A DNA stretch of 64,000 nt from Longimicrobiales bacterium (GCA_965219445.1 CBDCNQ010000005.1:1120001-1184000); one strand, 5' to 3'. Positions 1 to 11,326 are shown, numbered from the stretch's first letter. Notes: generated from the sequence alone by a model not told the origin. Made by a program: numbers and translations.

Positions 1-1
1 C

Positions 2-1384
2 CAGTGTAACGGCTACGAGGTCGTGGACCTCGGTGTGATGGTCCCCGCCGAGACGATCCTTCGAGAGGCCCGAGACCGCCAGGTGGATGTAATCGGCTTG
101 AGCGGGCTCATTACGCCGTCTCTCGACCAGATGGTGCATGTGGCCGCCGAGATGGAGCGTCTGGACTTCGATCTGCCTCTCCTCATCGGTGGGGCTACCA
201 CGTCCCGTAGGCACACGGCCGTCCGAATCGACGGGAGGTACAGGGGCCTGACGGTTCATGTCGTGGACGCCGCGCGCTGCGTGCCGGTCCTCCAAGCCGT
301 GCTGGATGACACAAAGCGGGAGGCGTTCATCAGGCAGATTGGTGAGGAATACGCCCGGGAGCGGGACGCCCACGCGACTCGAGCGGCCAAGTCCAAGCTG
401 ATTTCCATCGAAGCGGCTCGGAAGAACCAGGTATCCTTGGACTGGAGTACGTTCGAGCCCGTGGTTCCCAACGAGCCCGGCATTCATGTCTTCGACGACT
501 ATCCACTCGACGAGCTCGTGGACTACATCGACTGGAGCCCATTCTTCCAGACCTGGGAGCTCAAGGGCCGATATCCCGAGATCCTCGACGACCCGGCTGT
601 GGGAGAGCAGGCCGGTACTCTGTACGCCGACGCACATACAATGCTCGAGCGCATTGTTTCAGAGAGCTTGCTGAACGCACGCGGCGTGGTCGGCCTCTTT
701 CGGGCCCACAGAGTAGGAGACGATATCGAGGTACTCGCCGGCGACGGGGAGTGGTGCACGGTCCACGGTCTTCGCCAGCAGTTCGAAAAGAAGGAGGGCC
801 GACCCAACGCTTGCTTGTCGGACTTCGTGGCGCCGAAGGAGTCGGGCCTCACTGACTACATCGGCGCGTTCGTGGCGACCGCCGGACTCGGCCTGGACCA
901 GCTGTGCGCCTCGCTCGAAGAGAACCACGACGACTACGGCAGCATCATGGCCAAGTCGCTAGCCGACCGCCTAGCGGAGGCGTTCGCGGAGCGGTTGCAC
1001 GAGCGCGTCCGGCGGGAGCTCTGGGGCCACGAGTTGGGCGAGGCTCAGTCCAAAGCCGACCTGATCTCCGAGGGCTACCTCGGAATCCGGCCAGCGCCGG
1101 GATACCCCGCCTGTCCGGACCACACAGAGAAGGGGACGCTGTTCGCACTCCTGGACGCGGAGCACCACTCCGGTGTCAGCCTCACGGAGAGTTTCGCCAT
1201 GCTGCCCGGAGCCTCAGTGTCCGGCTGGTACTTCGCTCATCCGCAAGCGCACTATTTCGGCCTGGGCCGGATCGGAAGGGATCAAGTAGTCGATTACGCC
1301 GAGCGGAAAGGAATGTCGATGGCAGAGGCCCAGCGCTGGCTCCAGACCCACCTTGGATACGAGCCAGAGGAGGAGACCCCGTGA
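2..1384 (+). CDS. metH: B12-dependent methionine synthase, C-terminal part (cobalamin-binding and SAM reactivation domains); 5'-partial
   Basis: Motifs CNGYEVVDLGVMVP, GLSGLITPSLD, LLIGGATTS, GIRPAPGYPACPDHTEK; frame open from window start. Confidence 0.95.
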   Translation, partial: QCNGYEVVDLGVMVPAETILREARDRQVDVIGLSGLITPSLDQMVHVAAEMERLDFDLPLLIGGATTSRRHTAVRIDGRYRGLTVHVVDAARCVPVLQAVLDDTKREAFIRQIGEEYARERDAHATRAAKSKLISIEAARKNQVSLDWSTFEPVVPNEPGIHVFDDYPLDELVDYIDWSPFFQTWELKGRYPEILDDPAVGEQAGTLYADAHTMLERIVSESLLNARGVVGLFRAHRVGDDIEVLAGDGEWCTVHGLRQQFEKKEGRPNACLSDFVAPKESGLTDYIGAFVATAGLGLDQLCASLEENHDDYGSIMAKSLADRLAEAFAERLHERVRRELWGHELGEAQSKADLISEGYLGIRPAPGYPACPDHTEKGTLFALLDAEHHSGVSLTESFAMLPGASVSGWYFAHPQAHYFGLGRIGRDQVVDYAERKGMSMAEAQRWLQTHLGYEPEEETP

Positions 1385-3288
1385 GCACGCGAGAAGCGAA
1401 GGGGACCCACGAGAAGGAGGTACGCGCTCGAGCCGAGGGCGCCTTGAGGGAACTTATTGATGACGGGCAGGTCCACGTTATGGACGGAGCTATGGGGACC
1501 GAGCTCTACGCCAGCGGGGTCTTCGTCAACGTCTCGTACGACGGGCTCAACCTCGAAACGCCAGACATCGTAGAGAGCGTCCACCGGAACTATGTGAACG
1601 CCGGCGCCGAAGTCATCGAGACGAATACGTTCGGCGCCAATCCGGTCAAGCTCTCCAGTTACGGCCTCGCCGATCGAACCGAGGAAATCAACTGCTCGGC
1701 GGCGGAGTTAGCTCGCAGGTCAGCTCAGGGTAAGGCCTTGGTGGTCGGGGCCATCGGGCCGCTGGGGATCCGCATCGAGCCACTCGGACCCACCTCTCGG
1801 GAAGAGGCCCAGGCTTTCTATGGCAGGCAGGTCGATGGGCTCATGGAGGGCGGAGTGGACGGCTTCGTCCTCGAAACCTTCAGCGACCTCAATGAGATGG
1901 AGCAAGCGTTCAAGTCCGTCCGGACCCGATCGCCCTTCCCGATCATTTGCCAGGTTACCGTGGGGGAGGACTGCTGCACCCCGTATGGGACGTCTCCGGA
2001 GGACGTCGCGGCAGAAGTCACGACGTGGGGCGCAGACGTGATCGGGCTCAATTGCTCGGTCGGGCCTGCCGTCATGCTCGACGCCGTGGAGCGAATGGCG
2101 GCGGTCACCGATCTACCCCTTTCGGCCCAGCCCAACGCTGGACTGCCTCGAGCCGTAGGTGATCGCAAGATCTACCTTGCCAGCCCCGAGTACATGGCGA
2201 AGTACGCCCGTCGCATGATTGAGGCTGGCGCCCGCTTCGTGGGCGGTTGCTGCGGCACGAGCCCGGAGCACATCCGAAGCATCCGAGCACTGGTGAGGGG
2301 GGTGCAACCTCCCTCCACGCGAGTCCGCCCGGGATCACACACTGAGCCGCACGACACGCACGTTCAGCCGGACGTGCCGCTCGGTGAGCGCTCCGAGTGG
2401 GGACGCAAGGTCGCGGACGGTGCCTTCGTCACGAGTGTCGAGATCACGCCTCCCGAAGGCTGGGACATCGAGGTGCTATTGGAGCAGTGCCGTCGTATCC
2501 AGGCCGCCGGAGCCGATACAGTGAACATCCTCGATCACCCGCACGCCCATGCTCGGATGAGCGCTTTGCCGGCCGCCATGATCATCGAACGGGGGGTGGG
2601 CATCGAGACGATCGTCCACTATCCGTGCCGCGACCGTAACATGACACGGATGATCAGCGACCTGCTCGGGGCCGCCGCCGCTGGACTACACAATCTTCTC
2701 CTGGTAACGGGGCGTCCGCCCGCGACGGGCCCCTACCCCGACTCGACGGCCTCCCTGGACATCGACTCGATCGGACTCACGAACGTGGTCCACGGCCTGA
2801 ATCGGGGCGTCGATCCCGGGGGGAACGCGATCGGAGTACCCACGCGCTTCGTCATCGGGACAAGGGTGAGTCAGGTTGCCGTGGACCAGGACCACGAAGC
2901 AGGACGGCTGAAGTGGAAGGTCGACGCCGGCACCGACTTCGTGATCACCCAGCCGGTGTTCGACCCCGGACGGCTCCATGCCTTCCTGCAGCGACCGCCC
3001 AAAGCGTCCGTACCCATCGTTGCGAGTCTTCGCCCGCTCACCTCCCTCCGTGAAGCCGAGTTCCTACACAATGAAGTCCCGGGCGTCTTCATCCCCGACG
3101 AAATCATGAAGCGTATGGCTGACGCGCAGGGTGAAGGCGAAGAAGCCGCCAGGACCGAGGGAGTGAGGATCGCCCTCGAAGTGTTCGAGTCCATCCGAGA
3201 CCCGATTGCGGGCGTCCACATCCATGTTCCTGAGGGAAATCTCGACGGAGCACTGGAGGTTCTCTCGGGGGTAATCGACTCGCTCTAG
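1381..3288 (+). CDS. yitJ: Bifunctional homocysteine S-methyltransferase / methylenetetrahydrofolate reductase (YitJ-like)
   Basis: DGAMGT, ETNTFGAN, GLNCSVGP, GGCCGT motifs followed by an MTHFR-like domain (ITQPVFD); GTG start overlaps metH stop. Confidence 0.88.
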   Translation: MSTREAKGTHEKEVRARAEGALRELIDDGQVHVMDGAMGTELYASGVFVNVSYDGLNLETPDIVESVHRNYVNAGAEVIETNTFGANPVKLSSYGLADRTEEINCSAAELARRSAQGKALVVGAIGPLGIRIEPLGPTSREEAQAFYGRQVDGLMEGGVDGFVLETFSDLNEMEQAFKSVRTRSPFPIICQVTVGEDCCTPYGTSPEDVAAEVTTWGADVIGLNCSVGPAVMLDAVERMAAVTDLPLSAQPNAGLPRAVGDRKIYLASPEYMAKYARRMIEAGARFVGGCCGTSPEHIRSIRALVRGVQPPSTRVRPGSHTEPHDTHVQPDVPLGERSEWGRKVADGAFVTSVEITPPEGWDIEVLLEQCRRIQAAGADTVNILDHPHAHARMSALPAAMIIERGVGIETIVHYPCRDRNMTRMISDLLGAAAAGLHNLLLVTGRPPATGPYPDSTASLDIDSIGLTNVVHGLNRGVDPGGNAIGVPTRFVIGTRVSQVAVDQDHEAGRLKWKVDAGTDFVITQPVFDPGRLHAFLQRPPKASVPIVASLRPLTSLREAEFLHNEVPGVFIPDEIMKRMADAQGEGEEAARTEGVRIALEVFESIRDPIAGVHIHVPEGNLDGALEVLSGVIDSL

Positions 3289-4157
3289 GAAGGCGAGGTA
3301 TCCGCTCCGATCGGGGGTCGGACGGTCACTTTGGCGAGCCTGTCCTGCACCCGCCGGTGGCCCAGGTTGCTGATGTACACCTTTTCCGCCCCGGCGGCCC
3401 GCAAGGCATCAAGGGTTTTTCCGAGCACCTCTTCGGGCGTGGCGCCCGCCTCGAATTCGCGGGCCAACTCCTCGTGGGGAACCGGGAAGAACTCCCCCAA
3501 TTGCGCGAGCGTACCCGGATTGGCACTCCAATAATAGAAGACGCCGAATATTCCCGGAACATCCACTCCCCGGCGATCACACTCTTCGAGGAACGCCTCG
3601 ACCCGATCCGCACTGTAGTGTGACACTACCTGCGTGAGGTAGAAGTCGGCCGAGAAATCGTCCGAGCCGACGTACTCGACTTGTTTTCGCACGTCACGAT
3701 GTGGGTTCGCCCAGCCGCCCAGCGATAATGCAGGTTGCCGCTCCCGGATCCGCTGCCTGAGCGTGTAGGAGTGTGGGACACAGCGTGGCGGGCCCACCGA
3801 GGTGTCTCCACCCACCACCGTGAGCGCCTCGAACCCCAGGGACTGTGCACGATCCCCGTACATGAGGCAGTACTCGAGCGTGTGCTTGCACGTGAGGAAG
3901 GGAACGAGTCGCGGGAGCGGCACATCAGAACCGACGTTGGCCGCAAGGTGTCCGAGGTTCTCCTCCTCCCTTGATCCGACCGCATCGTCCGTCAGGAAGA
4001 CAAAGATGTCGTTGAGCGCAAGACTCCGGATGGAGTGGTTGCGGTCGATCCAGGCATCCATCCCCTCCGCAGCCGAAAGCCCACTCCGTGGGGGCCGAAG
4101 CTCGACGGTGATGAGCGGCCCCGGACGCCGCAGCCGGTCCACTAGGCCCGTGCTCAC
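3285..4157 (-). CDS. MTHFR-like (FAD-linked oxidoreductase barrel) protein
   Basis: VELRPPR, FLTCK, VVGGD, ANP, FYLTQ resemble MetF-fold motifs; convergent with yitJ. Confidence 0.6.
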   Translation of the reverse strand: MSTGLVDRLRRPGPLITVELRPPRSGLSAAEGMDAWIDRNHSIRSLALNDIFVFLTDDAVGSREEENLGHLAANVGSDVPLPRLVPFLTCKHTLEYCLMYGDRAQSLGFEALTVVGGDTSVGPPRCVPHSYTLRQRIRERQPALSLGGWANPHRDVRKQVEYVGSDDFSADFYLTQVVSHYSADRVEAFLEECDRRGVDVPGIFGVFYYWSANPGTLAQLGEFFPVPHEELAREFEAGATPEEVLGKTLDALRAAGAEKVYISNLGHRRVQDRLAKVTVRPPIGADTSPS

Positions 4158-5485
4158 CCCTGCCCTCCCACAAGACGCTCGATCTCGTCGACGGACACCG
4201 GCAAACCGGCTGTCAGCACCTCGTGGCCCTCGGCGGTCACGACCACGTCGTCTTCGATCCTGATCCCGATGCCCACATACTCCTCGGCGACCCCAGCCCT
4301 CTCGAACGGGCCTGCAAAGTACAGACCAGGCTCCACGGTCAAAACCATTCCCGGCTCCAGCACTCGGGACTCACCGGAGGAGGCGTAGTCACCGACGTCG
4401 TGCACGTCGAGTCCGAGCCAATGCGACGTCTGGTGGGGAAAGTACGGCTTGTAGGCTTCGCTTTCGATCACGCACGCTTTGTCCCCCTCGAGAACGCCGA
4501 GGGCGATGAGCCCCTCGACGAGCACGTCTCTCGCCGCCTGATGGATGGACTCGACACTCACCCCGGGCCGAACACATTCGACGGCCCGATCATGCGCCTC
4601 CAGCACCAGATCATAGACGGCCCGCTGGAGGGCCGTAAAGGATCCCGACGCAGGGAATGTACGCGTGACGTCGGACCCGTAGAGGTCCACCTCCGCACCG
4701 GCATCCACCAGGATCAAGTCCCCGTCACGCGCCACATGGTCATTGTCTCTATAGTGCAGCACGCACGCGTTCGCGGCCGAGGCCACAATCGTGGGATAGG
4801 CGGGCCCGCTGGCCCCCTTTTGTCGAAAAGATCCGTTGAGAATCCCCTCGAGCTCCCACTCTCCGACGCCTGGCCGCACCGCCCCAAGCATCTCGGTGAA
4901 TGCCTCCACCGTGATCGTCGCAGCCCGCCTCATGCGTTCCAACTCTTCCGAGTTCTTTATGAGCCGCATGGGATCGAGCAACCGCCCCGGATCGATGATC
5001 GCATGCGGACCGACGCCCTTCCTGGCACCTCGCAGGCGAGCCGTCTGGAGCGCGCCCATGACCAGGCCTTGTACGGGCGACTCGGTTCCGAGGCGGAAAT
5101 ACAATTCGTCGGCCTCGGCGAGCAGTTTGGGAAGATGCTCAGTGAGCGCGTCGCTTCCATATGCCACATCGGCACCGAATATTTCGCGAGCCCGTTCCGG
5201 CCCAAGGCGCTCTCCACTCCAGCGCTCCTCCTCCAGATTCCGAGGCATTACGAAGAGTACGAAATCGCCGTCCTCACCACCGGGGCGAAGCACGGCTACA
5301 GCCTCGGGCTCCGTCACGCCGGTGAGATAGAAAAGGTCGCTATTCGCCCGGTATCTGCCGCCGGAGGCGTTGGCCGCGGATTGCAGCAACAACGCGGCGC
5401 CGCCCAGATCCGCAAGAACGCGCTTACGTCGCGCGGCGAAGATGTCGCGCGAAAAACCCAGTGTCGGATCAGGATCGTTCGTCAC
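4154..5485 (-). CDS. pepP: Xaa-Pro aminopeptidase (M24B)
   Basis: DAGAE..SDVTRT, HWLGLDVHD, TVEPGLY, GIRIEDD; GTG start after GGAG. Confidence 0.9.
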   Translation of the reverse strand: MTNDPDPTLGFSRDIFAARRKRVLADLGGAALLLQSAANASGGRYRANSDLFYLTGVTEPEAVAVLRPGGEDGDFVLFVMPRNLEEERWSGERLGPERAREIFGADVAYGSDALTEHLPKLLAEADELYFRLGTESPVQGLVMGALQTARLRGARKGVGPHAIIDPGRLLDPMRLIKNSEELERMRRAATITVEAFTEMLGAVRPGVGEWELEGILNGSFRQKGASGPAYPTIVASAANACVLHYRDNDHVARDGDLILVDAGAEVDLYGSDVTRTFPASGSFTALQRAVYDLVLEAHDRAVECVRPGVSVESIHQAARDVLVEGLIALGVLEGDKACVIESEAYKPYFPHQTSHWLGLDVHDVGDYASSGESRVLEPGMVLTVEPGLYFAGPFERAGVAEEYVGIGIRIEDDVVVTAEGHEVLTAGLPVSVDEIERLVGGQG

Positions 5486-5569
5486 GCCTCGTCTCCACGG
5501 TGGGATTCGCCCCTCGGAGGGTACCGCCACCGTCGCAGCGGTCTCCACCGAACCTGCGACGGTAACCGC

Positions 5570-7699
5570 CTATTCGCCGCCGTCGCTCACGGTGGGTGCT
5601 TGTTCGATCAGCCAGTGCTCGAACCAGCTACGAATTCGCTCCAGCCGGTCCACGAGGAGCCAAGGCTCTCCGGTGCGCGATAACCCGTGAGAAGACCTCG
5701 GGTACCGCACCAGCTCCACAGGCACATCCAAGCTCTTGAGAGCCATGAACCACTGCTCTCCCTCGCTAATGGGAGTTCGGTAGTCGTTCTCACTGTGTAT
5801 AATGAGCGTGGGAGCCGTGACATTTTCGACGTACGAGATTGGAGACAGACGACGGTAGACAGACCTGCGCTCCCAGGGCGCACCGAGGAACTCGTACTCG
5901 GTCAAAGGTTGAACGTCAGAGGATCCCCACCAACTCTCCCAGTTGACGATGGAGCGGGAGGTGACGGCCGCCTGAAAACGGTCGGTCGTGGCGGTCAACC
6001 AATTGGTCATGAAGCCGCCGTAGCTTCCCCCGGAGACACCCACACGGGTGGTGTCGGCCTCCGGGTATCGGGCCAAGGCAGCATCCACGCCGGTCAGAAA
6101 ATCTTCGCTGTCCATAACGCCCCACTGCCCGCGGGTCGCGTACATGAAGTCATGACCGTAGCCGCTAGACCCCCGCGGATTGGCGTAGAGTACGAAGAAG
6201 CCGGCCGCCGACAGCACATGGAAGGTCGGGAAAAACGTATTGCCATAAGCACCGTGCGGCCCACCATGAATCTTCAGAATCAGCGGGTACCTGCGGCCCG
6301 CCGTGTAGCCCACAGGTCTGATGACCCAACCCTAGACCTCGACGCTGTCACCGACCATCCACGTCAGCCGCTCCGGGCTTTCCAGGGAGACACGGTCCAG
6401 CAAACTCTCATTGAACTCGGTGGCGCGTCGCTCGGCCGTCCCGTCGCCTCGCGCTACGAACAGCTCCGTCGGGGACACTGCATCGTCGGCTGCGTAGGCC
6501 ATGATATGGCCACGGTCGGTTAGCGAGACACTGGTGAGCCGTCGTTCACCCTGGGTCACCTGAACGACCGGCCCGCCCGCGGCCGGGACCCGGAAGAGAT
6601 GACGATTCCCACGAATCGCAGCGGAGAACAGAATCGCGGTTCCGTCCGCTGACCATTGGGGGGCGCCGGGCACGAGGTCCCAGCCCTCCGTGAGATTCAC
6701 AGGCTCCGTCGTGAAGCGCCCATCACCACCCACGTCCACGACCATCAGATCCTGCTCCGCTCCACGCTCCGCCGTGAATAAAAACGCCAGCCGCGTACCG
6801 TCGGGCGAGGGGGATGGCGAAGTCTCCGAGCCCGGGCTCGGCGTGACGTCCGTCACGGAGCCATCGGCCAGGCGCACCGCCCAGATGTCCCGGGTGAGCA
6901 CGTCGCTGGACTCGTCGTCCTCTTTCTCGTCACCGGAGAAGTAGATGGTACGCCCATCGGACGACCAGCGTACGTCGGACTTGTCGAACGGAAGTGCCGT
7001 CAGCCTTCTTGGAACGCCTCCCTCGGCAGATACCAGGTAGAGGTCAAGGGATTCGTTCACGGAGAAGTGCGGGCGCAGCGTGATCGTACCGTCTGTCTTG
7101 TACCGTGTCGACGTTACGACACGCCCATCGAAACGATCCGGGTCGAGCGTGTTCGAAAGAGCATCCGGAGCAATCCAGCCCTCGCGCTCGGCCGACTCCG
7201 ACTCCGTCTCCGTCTCCTCGGCGAGGGCGAGGTACGCGATCCATTCGCCATCCGCTGACCAGACCGGAGCCCCCCGGACTCCCTCGATATGGAAGGCCTC
7301 TCCGCCGGGGCCCGAGACACGGACGAACCATGTGGAGTTCTCGTCGTCCCCGCGCTCGGAGGTGAACGAAAGAAGCGATCCGTCCGGCGACCACCTGGGA
7401 GCATACGAGTCCCCCGTCGGAGCGGTGAATCGATAGGGGTCATCCGCTGGCCGCCCATTCTCGAGGGCCTGAATCCAGATTTCCCGCCGGCGGAGATTCT
7501 CCTCTTCAAGAGTCCGTGTCACCGTAAACGCGACGAGGTCGCCCTCGGGAGAGACCGCAACGTCACCCACTCTGACCAGATCATAGTAGTCGGCTGGCTG
7601 GAATCCACGCTGCTGGGCCGAGATGGGTCCGGGCATGGCTGCCAACAGCATCCACCCCGTGCCCAATAGTCCGAGCGTTCTCGCCGATGTAGCCTTCAC
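5570..7699 (-). pseudogene. Secreted S9 family peptidase (beta-propeller + alpha/beta hydrolase) interrupted by an in-frame TAG at 6332-6334
   Basis: Signal peptide, PD40-like repeats, IHGGP, GGSYGG, PTLIIHSEND; ORFs 6332-7873 and 5570-6313 are the same frame (VEV*GWVIRPVG). Confidence 0.85.
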
Positions 7700-8050
7700 A
7701 CTCGTCTCCGTGTCACAACACTTGGCGCCCGCCGCACCTGAACCGACCGATACCCGTGCAAAGGTATGGGGGATAGGAACTTGCCTCAAGGCGGAGGCCT
7801 CTGGGGAACCGATTATCCCATGCACGCCAGTTGCAAGGTCGATGCCAGAGTGGCCTGTCGCTGCACCGGCCAAGGCGTTCGCACATGCCTGTTCTTACAC
7901 GCCGTGCGGACGTTGTTCCTGGTTACCCCGGGGCTCGCCGGGGCAAATTCAGCTCTCCCTCTGGTCCTTTCGACCCTGTGGAAGTAGTGTGTGAGCTTCT
8001 TTCGGATGGTGGGAAAGGCCTAGAACACAAGGGATGAGAGGAAGATTTCG

Positions 8051-10246
8051 ATGATGACGATGCCTGTCCGAGTGAACGTTACTCACTGCGTCGCGGCCTT
8101 TTTGACGGCCGTCGTGATGTCGAGTCCGTGGACTCCGGAAGTCGCCGCGCAGCAGCAGCCCGACTCGATCATTCCCTTGGAGCCGATCGAGGTCACGGTC
8201 CTCCGAACACCGCTGCTGATGAACGCTGCACCGTTCGCCGTCTCGGTGGTGACCGAAGGTGATCTCCAGAGGGGCCGGAGCGGTTTCTTCCTGGAAGAGG
8301 CGCTGCAAGGGCTACCGGGGGTACAGGTACAGAACCGGTTCAACCCGGCGGTAGGCGAGCGCGTGGCGATTCGTGGGTTCGGGGCTCGGGCCAGGTTTGG
8401 GCTCAGGGACATCAGGGTGGTGGTCGACGGAATCCCTGCGACGCTCCCCGACGGTCAGAGTAGCATCGATCATCTGGACATCGGATCGCTTGCGCGGGTG
8501 GAAGTCATCCGTGGTCCGGCGTCCGCTCTGTTCGGGAACGCCTCCGGCGGTGTGCTCTCGTTCACCACACGGAATCCTCCGAACACCCCCTACAACATGG
8601 AGGTGATGGGGGTCACTGGAAGCGACGGCCTGTGGCGTGGTCAGTTGACCGGGTCGGGGACGGTGGGGAACACGGGCTACATCGTGAGCGTCTCGGGCCA
8701 AACGTGGGACGGCTACAGAACGATCGCCGCGGACCCAACTCGCCCCCGCGCCGACACGCTCTGTGCCGACGGCGCCGATGCGGGCAATAAGAGCCTTCGC
8801 AGGGGATGCTACGGAGGATCGGACCGGCTCGGCCTGAACGCGCGGGTCATAACGCCGGTCGGTGGTGGCGAGCTCTCCTTCACGGCCAACGTGCTGGACT
8901 TGGATGCCGAAAGCGGCGGATCGAAGACCGACACCCCAGACGATTTCCGCGAGATCAACGACCTCTATCTCAGGTTCAGAACCGGCAAAACTTTGAAGCA
9001 GCAGCAGGCTGGTGCGCGGTGGACCGGCCCTCTCGGGGATGCTCTCCAGGCGGATTTTTCCGCCTACGGGGTCCACAGGACGATCAACAACCCCATCCCG
9101 TTCGACATCATCGATCTCTCGAGAAAAGGGGGAGGTGCTCGTGCTTCCGTGAGCAACACGATCGACACGGGGCTGGGCGATTTTCAATGGCTGGCCGGTG
9201 GCGAGTACGAACTCCAGAACGATGATCGCTCTGAGATCGCGGCCGAGTTCGGTACGGGAATGCCAGCCCCCGGCGCCGTGCCCTTCCTAGATCAAGACGA
9301 GGATGTGCGGAGTGTCGGCACCTTCCTCCAAGGGACGCTGGAGCTGCCCAGCGGCGCCGTCATCTTGGCGGGCGTTCGGTATGACAACCATGAGTTCACC
9401 GCCAATGATCGGGTTCCCGTTGCTCCTGGGAACGCCGACGATTCAGGCTCTCGCACGATGGATGAGGTGACTCCCTCGATCGGGATCAGCGTTCCTGCTG
9501 GGCAGTCTCTCAACTTTTTCGGCTCCGTCGGCACCGTGTTCAATACTCCTACGACGAGCGAACTCTCGAACCAGGTGAGTGGCGCAGGTGGCTTCAACCC
9601 CGACCTCGACCCGATGAAAGGAGAATCATACGAGGTGGGTGCCCGTGGCACCGTAGGGTCGTGGGCAGCGTTCGAGGTGACTGCTTACCAAACGAACCTA
9701 CGCAATGAGTTGATCAGCTTCGAGGTCCCGAGCGATCCGGGTGTGAGCTTCTTCCGGAACGCGGGCAGGTCGCGGCATCGCGGCTGGGAGGGCACCGTTT
9801 CCGCCGCATCTCCCAGCGGCATCGTCGGGGGAGACGTGACCTACACGCGGGTGAACGCTCGATTCCTCAGATACGCGGCGGATGGCGACGACTTCGCCGG
9901 CAATAGGGTTCCTGGCGTCGCTCTCGATCGCATCCAAGCTCGGGCTCGGATGAGCCAGAACATGTGGTGGGCCGAGGCCGTAGGGAGCGGTGTGAGCGTG
10001 GTTCAGGCCAACGACGCGAATTCCTCCAGAGCCCCTTCCTACTGGTTGTTGGATCTGCGGGTAGGTCTACAAGAAATGGCCTTGGGCGGGGCCAACATCG
10101 CGCCCTGGGCAGCCGTGATCAACGCGCTCGACGAGGATTACAATGCTTCCGTGGCGGTGAACGCCTTTGGCGGCCGGTTCTTCGAGCCCGGACCCCAACA
10201 GTCGTTCCAAATCGGAGTGCGCGCGCGATTCGGAGGCGGTAATTAA
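8051..10246 (+). CDS. TonB-dependent receptor (YncD-like)
   Basis: Signal peptide, plug motifs IRGFG and VEVIRGPASALFG, beta-strand C-terminus FEPGP..FQIGVRARF. Confidence 0.9.
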   Translation: MMTMPVRVNVTHCVAAFLTAVVMSSPWTPEVAAQQQPDSIIPLEPIEVTVLRTPLLMNAAPFAVSVVTEGDLQRGRSGFFLEEALQGLPGVQVQNRFNPAVGERVAIRGFGARARFGLRDIRVVVDGIPATLPDGQSSIDHLDIGSLARVEVIRGPASALFGNASGGVLSFTTRNPPNTPYNMEVMGVTGSDGLWRGQLTGSGTVGNTGYIVSVSGQTWDGYRTIAADPTRPRADTLCADGADAGNKSLRRGCYGGSDRLGLNARVITPVGGGELSFTANVLDLDAESGGSKTDTPDDFREINDLYLRFRTGKTLKQQQAGARWTGPLGDALQADFSAYGVHRTINNPIPFDIIDLSRKGGGARASVSNTIDTGLGDFQWLAGGEYELQNDDRSEIAAEFGTGMPAPGAVPFLDQDEDVRSVGTFLQGTLELPSGAVILAGVRYDNHEFTANDRVPVAPGNADDSGSRTMDEVTPSIGISVPAGQSLNFFGSVGTVFNTPTTSELSNQVSGAGGFNPDLDPMKGESYEVGARGTVGSWAAFEVTAYQTNLRNELISFEVPSDPGVSFFRNAGRSRHRGWEGTVSAASPSGIVGGDVTYTRVNARFLRYAADGDDFAGNRVPGVALDRIQARARMSQNMWWAEAVGSGVSVVQANDANSSRAPSYWLLDLRVGLQEMALGGANIAPWAAVINALDEDYNASVAVNAFGGRFFEPGPQQSFQIGVRARFGGGN

Positions 10247-10281
10247 GCGCACGCCAGCCTCGGGGCTAGCGGTCGAAAGGC

Positions 10282-11229
10282 TCAGGGAGCGGCCCGACAA
10301 AATGTCGGGTCGCTCACGACCGCCAACGCATTTCGAACGGCCCGCTCGCCGTCCTCGTCGGACGGACGGTTCATCGTTCGTCCATGGGCGACCATCACGG
10401 ATGAGCCACCTCCGTCGAGATTGAGCGCCTCGGCAGCATCGGTTGCAGACAGCGCGGCTGTCATCTCCGCTAGCGTCATGCCCGACGAGTAGGACCCCTG
10501 GCGCCCGTCCACGACCATGACCCACAGGCGTCCGGCTTCGGGATCGTAGGCGACGGCCGTTCGAGGGTGCCGTAGCGACGCAAAATCCGAGTCCGCATTG
10601 TCGTTCAGGACGGGGTCCCCTTCGTCGAGTAGTTCCGGATACCCTCCGATCACCTGGGTCCGACCCGGCCGACTCCGAGACACCAAAGTGCCGGTGGACA
10701 ACCCGCTCCCCTCACGCACCACTGTCCCGATCCAAGGGACACGGCCCGGTGTCCACTCGAGCCCCGGCCGCTCGCGAGACCACAGGATCTGCCCTGCGGC
10801 CACCTCTGAACCCAGAGGACGCCCCTCCGGTGTAAAGAAATCACCGTTGACGGCGGCGAGCACGTCACCCCCGGCTTCCCCGACGAGTTCCGTCACGGTG
10901 GACAGACCCGCCCCATACGAGCCAGCCTCACCCGCCGGCAGAACTCTCAGGCCCAGCTCGCATCGCCCCAGCTCCAGGCGGAGGACGTGTACCGCCCACG
11001 GACCCTTCTCCGACCAGACGAAGTGGTATGAGAGACCCTCATGAACGAAGCGGGCACTCGTCGAGTCCGCTCCCAGATAGGAAAGCAGTTCCTCGGGTAG
11101 CGGCTCGGGAAGACGAGCCGGACGATCGAGGGGCGTGCAGGCGAGAAACAGGGTCGCCACGATGCCCACTAGCGAGGCACCGGCAGCCCTCCACCCTCGT
11201 GCAGCATCTCCTTCCAGCACGGGCCTCAT
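10282..11229 (-). CDS. Phosphodiester glycosidase (NAGPA/DUF2233) family lipoprotein
   Basis: AVNGDFF, HPRTAV, VVDGRQ, ALNLDGGGS; lipobox FLAC. Confidence 0.85.
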   Translation of the reverse strand: MRPVLEGDAARGWRAAGASLVGIVATLFLACTPLDRPARLPEPLPEELLSYLGADSTSARFVHEGLSYHFVWSEKGPWAVHVLRLELGRCELGLRVLPAGEAGSYGAGLSTVTELVGEAGGDVLAAVNGDFFTPEGRPLGSEVAAGQILWSRERPGLEWTPGRVPWIGTVVREGSGLSTGTLVSRSRPGRTQVIGGYPELLDEGDPVLNDNADSDFASLRHPRTAVAYDPEAGRLWVMVVDGRQGSYSSGMTLAEMTAALSATDAAEALNLDGGGSSVMVAHGRTMNRPSDEDGERAVRNALAVVSDPTFCRAAP

Positions 11230-11326
11230 CGGATGTTCAAGGCTCCCATTCTGTCGTCCCGACGTTTAGACATGGTGCCATCCCGGAATCGTCTTACGGT
11301 GAATTCCCTAGGATAGCCCCCGCCCC

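Noticed and set aside
904..1380. N-terminal extension of the 794-aa ORF
   Set aside because: It overlaps metH in another frame; the real start is the GTG at 1381
7700..8050. Cobalamin or TPP riboswitch upstream of the TonB receptor
   Set aside because: Some stems and an ACCTGA word occur, but there is no B12-box/GCCACTG or GCTGAGA core
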